NCBI GenBank assembly: GCA_017450685.1
Contig: JAFSTB010000032.1
Coordinates: 1-24,000, forward strand
Origin: Paludibacteraceae bacterium
Lineage (GTDB): Bacteria; Bacteroidota; Bacteroidia; Bacteroidales; Paludibacteraceae
Reading direction: 5' to 3'
Length of the DNA: 24,000 bases
Shown: piece by piece, positions 16,438-24,000 of the stretch
Position numbering within the stretch: position 1 is the first letter of the stretch
Layout of the letters: each line of letters opens with the position of its first letter
The notes under the pieces: model-generated
What the model saw: the letters and a program-made list of their open reading frames with translations, nothing else
Database searches by the model: none
What the model was told of the DNA's origin: nothing
Translations under genes and position numbers: made by a program

Positions 16438-17361
16438 TTAGCCTAAAACATATTTTTTCACATAGTAGTACAGCATACTGCCTAACGATATGGGTAAAAG
16501 GCAGACGGCGAGGATAAGTGATACGCAGGCAGATGAGTCTTGGTACATCGGTTTGATGGTTGGCAGTGCGGCGAGGCTCCTGTATTTGACCATACGCATA
16601 AGCCACATCCACACTTCTTCGGATATGCGTAAACACCACAACGCTTTAGTCCAACCCTTAAACCGCCGGCACATATACGCCATAAAGATAAAATTGCCTT
16701 CTTGCATCTTCAAGTATGAACTTGTTTTGTTGCCTGTATGATGGAAATAGGTGGCACCGTTATATTCGGGTAAAGCCAGTGTCTTGGGATGGTAAGAGAA
16801 GACATTGATATGGAAGTGCCAGTCTTCGCGGAAACGGCATTGGGTGGAGAAATGTATATTATGCTGTTTGAGAAAAGCGGTGCGGTATAAAAAACTATTG
16901 ATAGGTGTGGATGCCCCCATACCCCACAGCAGTACTACACGATTGAAAGAGAGAGGATATGAAATGGCAGGACTTTTCCTGCCGTCGTCATATTCGTTGC
17001 AAAACGCTGTATAGCAAAGGTCAAATGACTCCTGTTGCATTATATGCACTTGCTTCTCAAACTTATCTGGTGCAATAGTGTCGTCTGCATCGAGGAATTG
17101 CAGGTATTGTCCTTGCACCTTTTCCAATCCCATATCTCGGGCAGAGGCACTGCCGCCGTTCTCTTTTTGCAGCAGATGAATGCGGCTGTCGGCCCGGGCA
17201 TAACGACCGACAATAGCGGCAGAGTCATCGCTTGAACCGTCATCCACCACTATACATTCCCATTCGCGCACGGTCTGTTGCTGCAAACAGAGAAAAGCTT
17301 TCGCTAAAAAGGCAGACTGGTTGTAGCAAGGGATGACAACAGAAACAAGAGGTTTATCCAT
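16438..17361 (-). CDS. Glycosyltransferase family 2
   Basis: MDKPLVSVVIPCYNQ, VVDDGSSD and the LDADD (DxD) motif. ATG at 17361 is preferred because it lies 2 nt after the upstream stop. The alternative ATG at 17397 would overlap the upstream gene by 44 nt. The C-terminus is hydrophobic. Confidence 0.85.
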   Translation of the reverse strand: MDKPLVSVVIPCYNQSAFLAKAFLCLQQQTVREWECIVVDDGSSDDSAAIVGRYARADSRIHLLQKENGGSASARDMGLEKVQGQYLQFLDADDTIAPDKFEKQVHIMQQESFDLCYTAFCNEYDDGRKSPAISYPLSFNRVVLLWGMGASTPINSFLYRTAFLKQHNIHFSTQCRFREDWHFHINVFSYHPKTLALPEYNGATYFHHTGNKTSSYLKMQEGNFIFMAYMCRRFKGWTKALWCLRISEEVWMWLMRMVKYRSLAALPTIKPMYQDSSACVSLILAVCLLPISLGSMLYYYVKKYVLG

Positions 17362-18595
17362 CGCTCTTTGAGAGGTTATGTTCGTGGGTATAGACATTAA
17401 GTACTAAAAATATGGTTATTCCAAACAGTGGTAGCAGAGCCAAGGTGCGCGAGAAAAGGCTGTACATCAACTGTTGCATATAAAGCATAGAGAGAAACAG
17501 ATATCTCTTATCGCGTTTGGCAAGAGCGAAAGCAGCATAGGTGATATAGATGAGTGAAACGGTGAAAGCCAATCCGCCGAAGATGCCGCAAGCCATAAAA
17601 CTCTCTAAGACACAGTTATGAACATACTTGCCGTTCTCAAGCAGGAAACCTTTGCCCAACAGCGGGTTATCGCAAAACGCTTCCCATCCTAATCTGTACA
17701 GTTTGTCGCGACCGGTGGAGAGGCCTGAGTCTAATTCGTTTTGAGAGAAGAGTGAGTTATAGAGTCGTTCCAAAGCTAAGTTACCGTTTTCGGTGGCTAT
17801 CTGATTGATAGTAGGGAAAAGGACTATGATAAGGACGAGCGAAGCAGCCATTATGGCAAAAGCCTTCAAGCCGATGCCGTAAGCGTATAACAGCACCAAG
17901 AGGCACACAGCGAGTGCTACCATCGGTCCGCGCGAACCTGCACCAAAGAGGCATACCGTTCCAACTATGACTGCCGCTGCCAGTGCAAGAGTGAACAACA
18001 GGTTTTGACGGCGACGAAATAGAGCAAGTGAAAGAATGATGATGGAGCAACCTAAATGACCGAACGCTATGGTATCAATATGTGCATTGCCCATAAAACG
18101 ACCATCGGAAAACATATATTCGTCAGATTTGCCTGTATAGATAAAGAACAGACTTGCCATCGCCATTGCCCCGTATGTGCAGAGAAGCATGATGTTCAAC
18201 TGCTTAAAACAGATGTTGTCAATGCGTATCAGTCGCGAAGAATATAGAGGTATAAGCATACCGTTGGCAAAGAGGAAAAGCAGAGTGGATGGGTTGACCA
18301 CTATCTCCGTTTGTATTCCCACCACTACAATGTCGTATATCATTCGGCACAGATACAGCCATATAAACAGAGTGAGAGGCAAACTGACGAATCCCCAATG
18401 GTAGTAGAATGTTTGCAGGTGTTTGGTGTTCTTGATAAACAGAGCAAGATAGCAGAGCAACAAAACGGCATAGTATGCCACTTTCATCATACTCATACTA
18501 ACCGACTCCGGCAGATAGGTCAGCATATCGTATGAAAAGAGTGTCCAAATGGTGAACATCTCTATGTTGATAGTTATTTTGTTGTTCTCTTCCAT
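17354..18595 (-). CDS. O-antigen/CPS polymerase-like membrane protein (Wzy / O-antigen ligase domain family)
   Basis: 413-aa polytopic membrane ORF. The segment FGAGSRGPMVALAV is typical of the Wzy_C/O-antigen ligase domain. Alternative ATG at 18559. Confidence 0.7.
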   Translation of the reverse strand: MEENNKITINIEMFTIWTLFSYDMLTYLPESVSMSMMKVAYYAVLLLCYLALFIKNTKHLQTFYYHWGFVSLPLTLFIWLYLCRMIYDIVVVGIQTEIVVNPSTLLFLFANGMLIPLYSSRLIRIDNICFKQLNIMLLCTYGAMAMASLFFIYTGKSDEYMFSDGRFMGNAHIDTIAFGHLGCSIIILSLALFRRRQNLLFTLALAAAVIVGTVCLFGAGSRGPMVALAVCLLVLLYAYGIGLKAFAIMAASLVLIIVLFPTINQIATENGNLALERLYNSLFSQNELDSGLSTGRDKLYRLGWEAFCDNPLLGKGFLLENGKYVHNCVLESFMACGIFGGLAFTVSLIYITYAAFALAKRDKRYLFLSMLYMQQLMYSLFSRTLALLPLFGITIFLVLNVYTHEHNLSKSDG

Positions 18596-20127
18596 AGATT
18601 ATCGGTAAGTAGTTTTTTTTCCTTTGTGCTCAAGGCAGTAAACCAGATAGTCCAACAGCCGCATAGTGTTGATAAAGTCAGTGTAAGCAGAAAACGATAC
18701 GGGATGGTTATATAAGTGACACAAATCCACGATACGAGCGCAATGGCTATAGTCGGCAATGCTATAGGCAGAAACACTTGTCGGCAGAAATGTCTAATGC
18801 TGATATGTGCTTGCCATTTCAGTAGCGGCAGTCGGAGTAGAGCGTCTATGAGTTCAATGACGACGTATGCCCACAGATAAAGCGAGATGCTGATGTTGCG
18901 AATCGCACATATCCATACAGCAATAATGGTGAGCAACTTAAAGGAATAAAAAATCAGTGTGTACCGTTTTATCTGTCCGATGGCTTGATTGGCAGAGGTC
19001 AGTCCCACAGTCAGTTGGTCGCAAAGGATAGCGAGAAGTGTGAGTCGGCAAAACGCCGTCGCATATTGAGGTACGCTGACTAACCATACTGACAGAATGT
19101 TGTTCATCTCCGCTATCAACGGTATAGCCACTAAAGACAGAAGAAGGAAAGAATACTTACTCTCTTGCTCTGCCAAATATATCATACGTTCTCTGTCACC
19201 ACTGCCTTCAGCCTTCATTATCTGCGGATTGATGGCATTAACGATGGATGAAGATACAAAAGTGATGGCACCTGACACTTGCATAGAGATGCCGTAGGCT
19301 GCATTAACCACAGTGCCGTGGAAGATATTGAGCAGCACCGCTAAACCTTGATTGCGAGTGATGATACAGAATGAAGCATATACCGTCCAGCCTAAAAAAG
19401 AAGACAGATCTTTGATATAGGACATGTCAAATTCCTGAAGACGCGGGAAATGACATTCCGTAAACTTCAGACCTGCATATAGACTCAATACAAAGAAGTT
19501 GAAGAACTGTATTGAGAGCAACATTCCCGAATAGCAAACCAGTTTGTCGGCTGTAACATGGAAAAGCAGAATGGCAAATACCAACTTTAATATGCCGTCA
19601 ATAACATCCACTACGGATATATATACTATGTTTTCTCTGGCTATGTACAACGCTCTAAAGGGAGAGATGATGAGTGTCATAGTCAGCATAACGGCAGACA
19701 GGATATAAACATACATCGCAGTCTGCTGGCGTACTATATCAATGTTAAGCAGATGATAGACAACAGGATATGCCAATAAAAGGAGTGCGGTTAGCAATAC
19801 AGCCCCGAGAAAGAGATGAATGAAAAGACTATTGGCGAAGATTTTTTTTATTTTGTCTTTATCTTTTTGTCCGTAATGGAAGGAGAGGTATCGTTGAGTG
19901 GTGGTTACTAATGCGTTAGTGAGGAACGAGAGCAATGCCACCACTCCGCCTATAACGGAAAAGATACCAAAGTCGGATTGCCCCAAAGCCGATAGCACCA
20001 GTCGCGTTGAATAGAGCGACAAGCACACATTGATGATAGTGCGGATGTACTGCGCACTTGTGTTGAGTATTATGCGTTGATGACTTTTCAATTTGAACGT
20101 AATTCTTTTATCACCACGCTGGGCCAT
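18574..20127 (-). CDS. Wzx-like polysaccharide flippase (MOP superfamily), copy 2
   Basis: Polytopic ORF. ATG at 20127 (MAQRGDKR...) is preferred over ATG at 20181. The segments YSTRLVLSALGQSDFGIFSVIGG and NIFHGTVVNAAYGIS...INPQI resemble oligosaccharide flippases. It overlaps the upstream gene by 40 nt. Confidence 0.75.
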   Translation of the reverse strand: MAQRGDKRITFKLKSHQRIILNTSAQYIRTIINVCLSLYSTRLVLSALGQSDFGIFSVIGGVVALLSFLTNALVTTTQRYLSFHYGQKDKDKIKKIFANSLFIHLFLGAVLLTALLLLAYPVVYHLLNIDIVRQQTAMYVYILSAVMLTMTLIISPFRALYIARENIVYISVVDVIDGILKLVFAILLFHVTADKLVCYSGMLLSIQFFNFFVLSLYAGLKFTECHFPRLQEFDMSYIKDLSSFLGWTVYASFCIITRNQGLAVLLNIFHGTVVNAAYGISMQVSGAITFVSSSIVNAINPQIMKAEGSGDRERMIYLAEQESKYSFLLLSLVAIPLIAEMNNILSVWLVSVPQYATAFCRLTLLAILCDQLTVGLTSANQAIGQIKRYTLIFYSFKLLTIIAVWICAIRNISISLYLWAYVVIELIDALLRLPLLKWQAHISIRHFCRQVFLPIALPTIAIALVSWICVTYITIPYRFLLTLTLSTLCGCWTIWFTALSTKEKKLLTDNLWKRTTK

Positions 20128-21443
20128 TCCCAGTTCTGGTAGGCTAATTGTGCCAATCCCGGGGCTAAAATCATTCCCCATATCCCCCAGTCAAAGACCG
20201 ACACAAAGAGCAACATCAGTACCAGTGTGGCGGCTCCGCTGATAAGTGAAGGAATAAAAAACGGTATGCGGTTGTCTGCCATAATAAACCCTGCGGCTAT
20301 GACATGGTTGAACTCCAAGAGATAGAAAAAGAGCAGCAAAGCGGTCATTGCGGTAGGCAACAACAGAGTCTGACTGCTAATCCAACCCAATATGGTGTTG
20401 CCCAACAAGAGTATGCCGCCACCACCCAAAAGAAAGACAATAACCAATGACAGAGTGGAATAGATATATGCTTTTTTCAATAGCGATATGTTCTTTTCCA
20501 CACGGTATTGTGCCAGTTTGGGCAGATAAGTGTTGTAGATAACCAAGCCGCAACGAGCCATCACTTCCACCACTTGGGTGGTTATGCCTAAACTGGCGGT
20601 AAGAGACAAGGGCAGATAGATCGAACCGATAAAAACAGCCGACTTATTTACTAAAAACCCGCCTACTGATGTCAGTCCGGATTTGACGGCATTGGGATAG
20701 ATGGCTTTCAATATAGGCTCAAAAGGCATAGTACCGGCCTGCGACAACTGCTTTTTCATCTCCCGATTGAAAAAGACACGATGACTGAGAATGCGACGAA
20801 TGAGTATGGATACGAATTGCGAAGCGATGATGGCACTCAGTCCTAATCCGCTGTAGATAAGTGCGATGGCCAATGTGATGTATATCAGATTTCCCAGCAG
20901 GTTAATCTGTTGCGATTGGCGTATATACCCTTTGCCTGTGAGCAATACATCGTAATAAAGGGTATAGAGATTGTAGCAGTTGATAAAGATGAGTATGAGC
21001 CAGGAGATGACTATATCCATTCTGTTGCCGGTGTATTTGCCAAGCAGGTAATACATATAAGCAGAACCGATAGTGCCGAGCAGCAGCAGTACCAAGAGTG
21101 CTATACGACTGTAGAACCAACGCATAGCCTTGAGTGTGCCGTTGAGCAATGCATAATCCACATCGCTATCATGCTCGGCAGTCTCCACCCCCTCCTTTTT
21201 CAATCGTTTAACGCCGGAAAAGATGTAACTGATATTGCGTGAGAAAGATGGTCGGAAGCCGAAGTCCAACATGATGACCAGCATATTGATGGTCTGGAAG
21301 ATGGTCCATATACCTATGGTCTCGGCAGGCAGTTTGTGCAGCATAAAGGGCAATAAGATCACCCCTGCTCCGATAGTAAAAAATGTGGCGGCATAACTCC
21401 ACGCCACATCTTGTTTACCTATGTTCTCAATACCTTTTGCCAT
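20088..21443 (-). CDS. Wzx-like polysaccharide flippase (MOP superfamily), copy 1
   Basis: 451-aa polytopic ORF with ATG at 21443. The N-terminal AWSYAATFFTIGAGVILLPFMLHKLPAETIGIW... is typical of oligosaccharide flippase family proteins. Confidence 0.75.
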   Translation of the reverse strand: MAKGIENIGKQDVAWSYAATFFTIGAGVILLPFMLHKLPAETIGIWTIFQTINMLVIMLDFGFRPSFSRNISYIFSGVKRLKKEGVETAEHDSDVDYALLNGTLKAMRWFYSRIALLVLLLLGTIGSAYMYYLLGKYTGNRMDIVISWLILIFINCYNLYTLYYDVLLTGKGYIRQSQQINLLGNLIYITLAIALIYSGLGLSAIIASQFVSILIRRILSHRVFFNREMKKQLSQAGTMPFEPILKAIYPNAVKSGLTSVGGFLVNKSAVFIGSIYLPLSLTASLGITTQVVEVMARCGLVIYNTYLPKLAQYRVEKNISLLKKAYIYSTLSLVIVFLLGGGGILLLGNTILGWISSQTLLLPTAMTALLLFFYLLEFNHVIAAGFIMADNRIPFFIPSLISGAATLVLMLLFVSVFDWGIWGMILAPGLAQLAYQNWEWPSVVIKELRSN

Positions 21444-21504
21444 CTTTTTCGGCTCTTTATCCCTTTAGGCAGATGAACCGTGAGGGTTGTAAGGCATGGT
21501 TTTT

Positions 21505-22779
21505 TTAGTCGCGAAGGAAAATATCGCGGGTATAGACTTTCTGCTTCACATCGTCTAAGACAGGGTCGTAACGGTTGGCTATGATGGCTTGACTGAGTTG
21601 CTTGAAGCGGCTCAAGTCATTAACCACCTCACTGCCGAAGAAGGTGGTGCCGTCTGCCAAAGTAGGTTCGTAAATAATCACTTTTGCCCCTTTGGCTTTC
21701 ACGCGTTTCATTATGCCTTGTATTGACGACTGACGGAAATTGTCGGAATGAGATTTCATTGTCAGTCGATACACGCCTATGGTAGGTGCTTGTTTGCCGG
21801 CTTCCAGTTGCAACGAACCGTATTGGTTATTAGTGGAATAGGCGTAATAACCTGCTTTCTGCAACACACGGTCAGCCACGAAGTCTTTGCGCGTGCGATT
21901 GCTCTCCACAATGGCTTCTATTAGGTTTTCGGGCACATCCTGATAGTTGGCAAGCAACTGTTTGGTATCTTTGGGCAGACAATAACCGCCGTAACCGAAA
22001 GAAGGGTTGTTATAGTGGTTGCCTATACGCGGGTCAAGGCATACACCGTTGATGATATCCTCTGTGCTAAGACCTTTCATCTCAGCGTAGGTGTCCAACT
22101 CGTTGAAGTAACTGACGCGCAATGCCAAATAGGTGTTGGCAAACAGTTTGACGGCTTCGGCTTCCGTCGTACCCATAAAGAGGGTAGGTATATCTTGTTT
22201 GATAGCACCTTCTTGCAGCAGTTGTGCGAAGAGTTGTGCGCGCCGGGCAAGCATACTACCCTTGTCGGCGCAATAACCGATGATAATACGCGAAGGATAG
22301 AGGTTGTCATACAAGGCTTTTGACTCGCGCAAGAACTCAGGAGAGAAGATGATATTGCAGTTTTTCTTTTTCTGTATCGCCTGTGTGAACCCGACAGGTA
22401 CGGTGGATTTAATCACCATCACGGCTTGCGGATTGACTTCTAAGACGAGGTCAATGACCGTCTCCACGGCTGAGGTGTCAAAATAGTTGCGCTGTGAGTC
22501 GTAGTTGGTGGGTGCGGCAATCACAACAAAGTCGGCACTACGATAAGCGGCACGAGCATCCAAGGTGGCTGTCAGGTGCAACTCAATAGGTTCACCATTA
22601 GCATCTTGCCCCGATAGGTAACGCTCTATATATTCGTCTTGAATAGTGGATTGACGGCGATTGATCATCTCCACCCGTTCGGGCAATATATCCACTGCCA
22701 CCACATCGTTATGTTGGGCTAACAAAGTGGCAATGGACAATCCTACATACCCTGTTCCTGCAACGGCAATCTTGGTCAT
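21505..22779 (-). CDS. ugd: UDP-glucose 6-dehydrogenase
   Basis: 424-aa ORF. N-terminal Rossmann motif [15 protein letters not shown] and the catalytic-Cys motif [10 protein letters not shown]. Confidence 0.9.
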   Translation of the reverse strand: MTKIAVAGTGYVGLSIATLLAQHNDVVAVDILPERVEMINRRQSTIQDEYIERYLSGQDANGEPIELHLTATLDARAAYRSADFVVIAAPTNYDSQRNYFDTSAVETVIDLVLEVNPQAVMVIKSTVPVGFTQAIQKKKNCNIIFSPEFLRESKALYDNLYPSRIIIGYCADKGSMLARRAQLFAQLLQEGAIKQDIPTLFMGTTEAEAVKLFANTYLALRVSYFNELDTYAEMKGLSTEDIINGVCLDPRIGNHYNNPSFGYGGYCLPKDTKQLLANYQDVPENLIEAIVESNRTRKDFVADRVLQKAGYYAYSTNNQYGSLQLEAGKQAPTIGVYRLTMKSHSDNFRQSSIQGIMKRVKAKGAKVIIYEPTLADGTTFFGSEVVNDLSRFKQLSQAIIANRYDPVLDDVKQKVYTRDIFLRD

Positions 22780-22825
22780 AACATTTAGGTTTGGTTAGAC
22801 TCTCTGTTTGGCTGTGACCGACCGC

Positions 22826-24000
22826 TTACAGTCGTCCGTCAACAAGCGAGCGGTCAACGAAGTTCTTCACATCAAAGATAACAGCACCTTTGTCGTGATA
22901 CTTCTTGAAATCGAACTCCTTAAACTGATTATGACTCACGCATGCTATGATGGCACTATACTGTTTGTCGGGGTCGATCTTATCGAGCAACTCTTTGCCG
23001 TATTCGTGGCGTATGACGGCTTTGGAAGCCCACGGATCATAGATATCCACTTTGCAGCCGAACTCTTCCAGTTCGGAGGCTATATCCACCACCTTGGTGT
23101 TGCGGCAGTCAGGACAGTTCTCTTTGAAAGTGACACCAAGCAACAGAACATTGGAGTCTTTGATCTTGTGGTCTTTCTGAATCATCAGTTTGAGCACTTT
23201 GTCGGCAATGAACTTCGCAATGGAATTGTTCACGGCGCGTCCCGAAAGGATGACGTGCGGCTCATATCCCAGTGCTTTGGCTTTGTGTGCCAGATAGTAA
23301 GGGTCAACCGATATGCAGTGACCGCCCACTAATCCCGGACGATACATACGGAAGTTCCATTTGGTGCCCGCTGCCTCTATCACATCGTTAGTGTCAATAC
23401 CCACACGGTCGCATATAAGTGCTAACTCGTTCATAAAAGAGATATTGACATCGCGCTGACTGTTCTCCACTGCTTTGGCTGTCTCTGCCACTTTGATGTT
23501 GGGCGCACGATGAGTGCCGTTCAATAGAATGGAATTATACAGTTTGTCCACTGTATCAGCCACTTCGGGTGTAGAACCGGAGGTAATCTTCTTTATCTTC
23601 GTCAGTGTATTAACCTTATCTCCGGGGTTGATGCGTTCGGGTGAATAGCCGCAGAAGAAGTCTTCGTTGTAGCTCAAACCGCTCACGCGCTCCAAAATAG
23701 GCACACAGTCTTCCTCCGTGCAGCCCGGATAAACGGTTGATTCATAGATGACGATGTCACCTTTGCGTAAGGTCTTGCCTATAATCTCTGAGGCTGAGAG
23801 CAGCGGCGTGAGATCAGGCATGTTGAAACGGTCGATAGGCGTGGGAACAGTGACGATATAAGTGTTTACTTGCTCTAACTCAGCAGGATCGGATGTGAAA
23901 GTGAGTCCTTTACTGCCTGTGGTGGCGAAGAGAGTACGAGCCTGTTGCATACCTTCAAGGTCGGCTTCCAAGGTGTGGTCTTCACCACGCTCCAATTCCT
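22826..24000 (-). CDS. UDP-N-acetyl-hexosamine 6-dehydrogenase (TviB/WbpO-like nucleotide-sugar dehydrogenase), 5' end outside the window
   Basis: The frame is open to the window edge, and the track's initial M is a TTG codon. LVGGHCISVDPYYL and the overall similarity to the neighbouring Ugd family point to the TviB/WbpO subgroup. The Rossmann N-terminus is missing. Confidence 0.85.
   Translation of the reverse strand, partial: ELERGEDHTLEADLEGMQQARTLFATTGSKGLTFTSDPAELEQVNTYIVTVPTPIDRFNMPDLTPLLSASEIIGKTLRKGDIVIYESTVYPGCTEEDCVPILERVSGLSYNEDFFCGYSPERINPGDKVNTLTKIKKITSGSTPEVADTVDKLYNSILLNGTHRAPNIKVAETAKAVENSQRDVNISFMNELALICDRVGIDTNDVIEAAGTKWNFRMYRPGLVGGHCISVDPYYLAHKAKALGYEPHVILSGRAVNNSIAKFIADKVLKLMIQKDHKIKDSNVLLLGVTFKENCPDCRNTKVVDIASELEEFGCKVDIYDPWASKAVIRHEYGKELLDKIDPDKQYSAIIACVSHNQFKEFDFKKYHDKGAVIFDVKNFVDRSLVDGRL

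Noticed and set aside
5028-20181. N-terminal extensions in the ORF track at 5028, 5432, 11910, 16639, 17397, 20181 and 23995
   Set aside because: Inspection shows TTG codons at 5028, 5432, 11910 and 23995. The extensions at 16639, 17397 and 20181 overlap the upstream gene. Downstream ATGs give canonical N-termini (signal peptides, GT2 starts), so the starts were trimmed. The gene at 23995 simply continues past the window.
22808-23332. 174-aa plus-strand ORF opposite the TviB-like dehydrogenase
   Set aside because: It is embedded antisense in a well-supported gene, with no motifs and no promoter.

Overview
The window looks like a Bacteroidota chromosome, Prevotella/Bacteroides-like. This is judged from repeated TAnnTTTG -7 promoter boxes (TACCTTTGCA), the gene content, and tRNA genes that do not encode CCA. 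Layout on the plus strand: 3' end of an unknown CDS, a ~240-nt highly structured spacer, eno, a PrsW-family protease, tRNA-Val, a candidate Y RNA, a Ro60/TROVE-vWA gene (rsr-like), a small unknown ORF, a PepSY-like lipoprotein and a Na/Pi cotransporter. On the minus strand: tRNA-Ala, then a tightly packed string nadE - dsbD-like - DPP-IV peptidase - MFS sugar transporter - C_GCAxxG_C_C protein. From 15.6 kb to the window end lies a minus-strand surface-polysaccharide locus with two UDP-sugar dehydrogenases, two tandem Wzx-like flippases, a Wzy-like polymerase and two glycosyltransferases. I saw no CRISPR array, transposase, integrase or recognisable defence operon. The most interesting item is the Ro60/TROVE gene with a hand-foldable Y-RNA-like element 29 nt upstream. 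That element has its own promoter box and T-run, there is no rtcB/rtcA nearby, and a small unknown ORF appears co-transcribed downstream. Second is a perfect 20-bp palindrome, TTGTGCAAATATTTGCACAA, which covers the -33 region at a fixed 15-nt distance from the -7 box of the tRNA-Val and nadE promoters. Degenerate copies sit at the tRNA-Ala and Y-RNA promoters. All protein calls come from motif recognition by eye and all RNA folds from manual pairing. No search or folding program was run.
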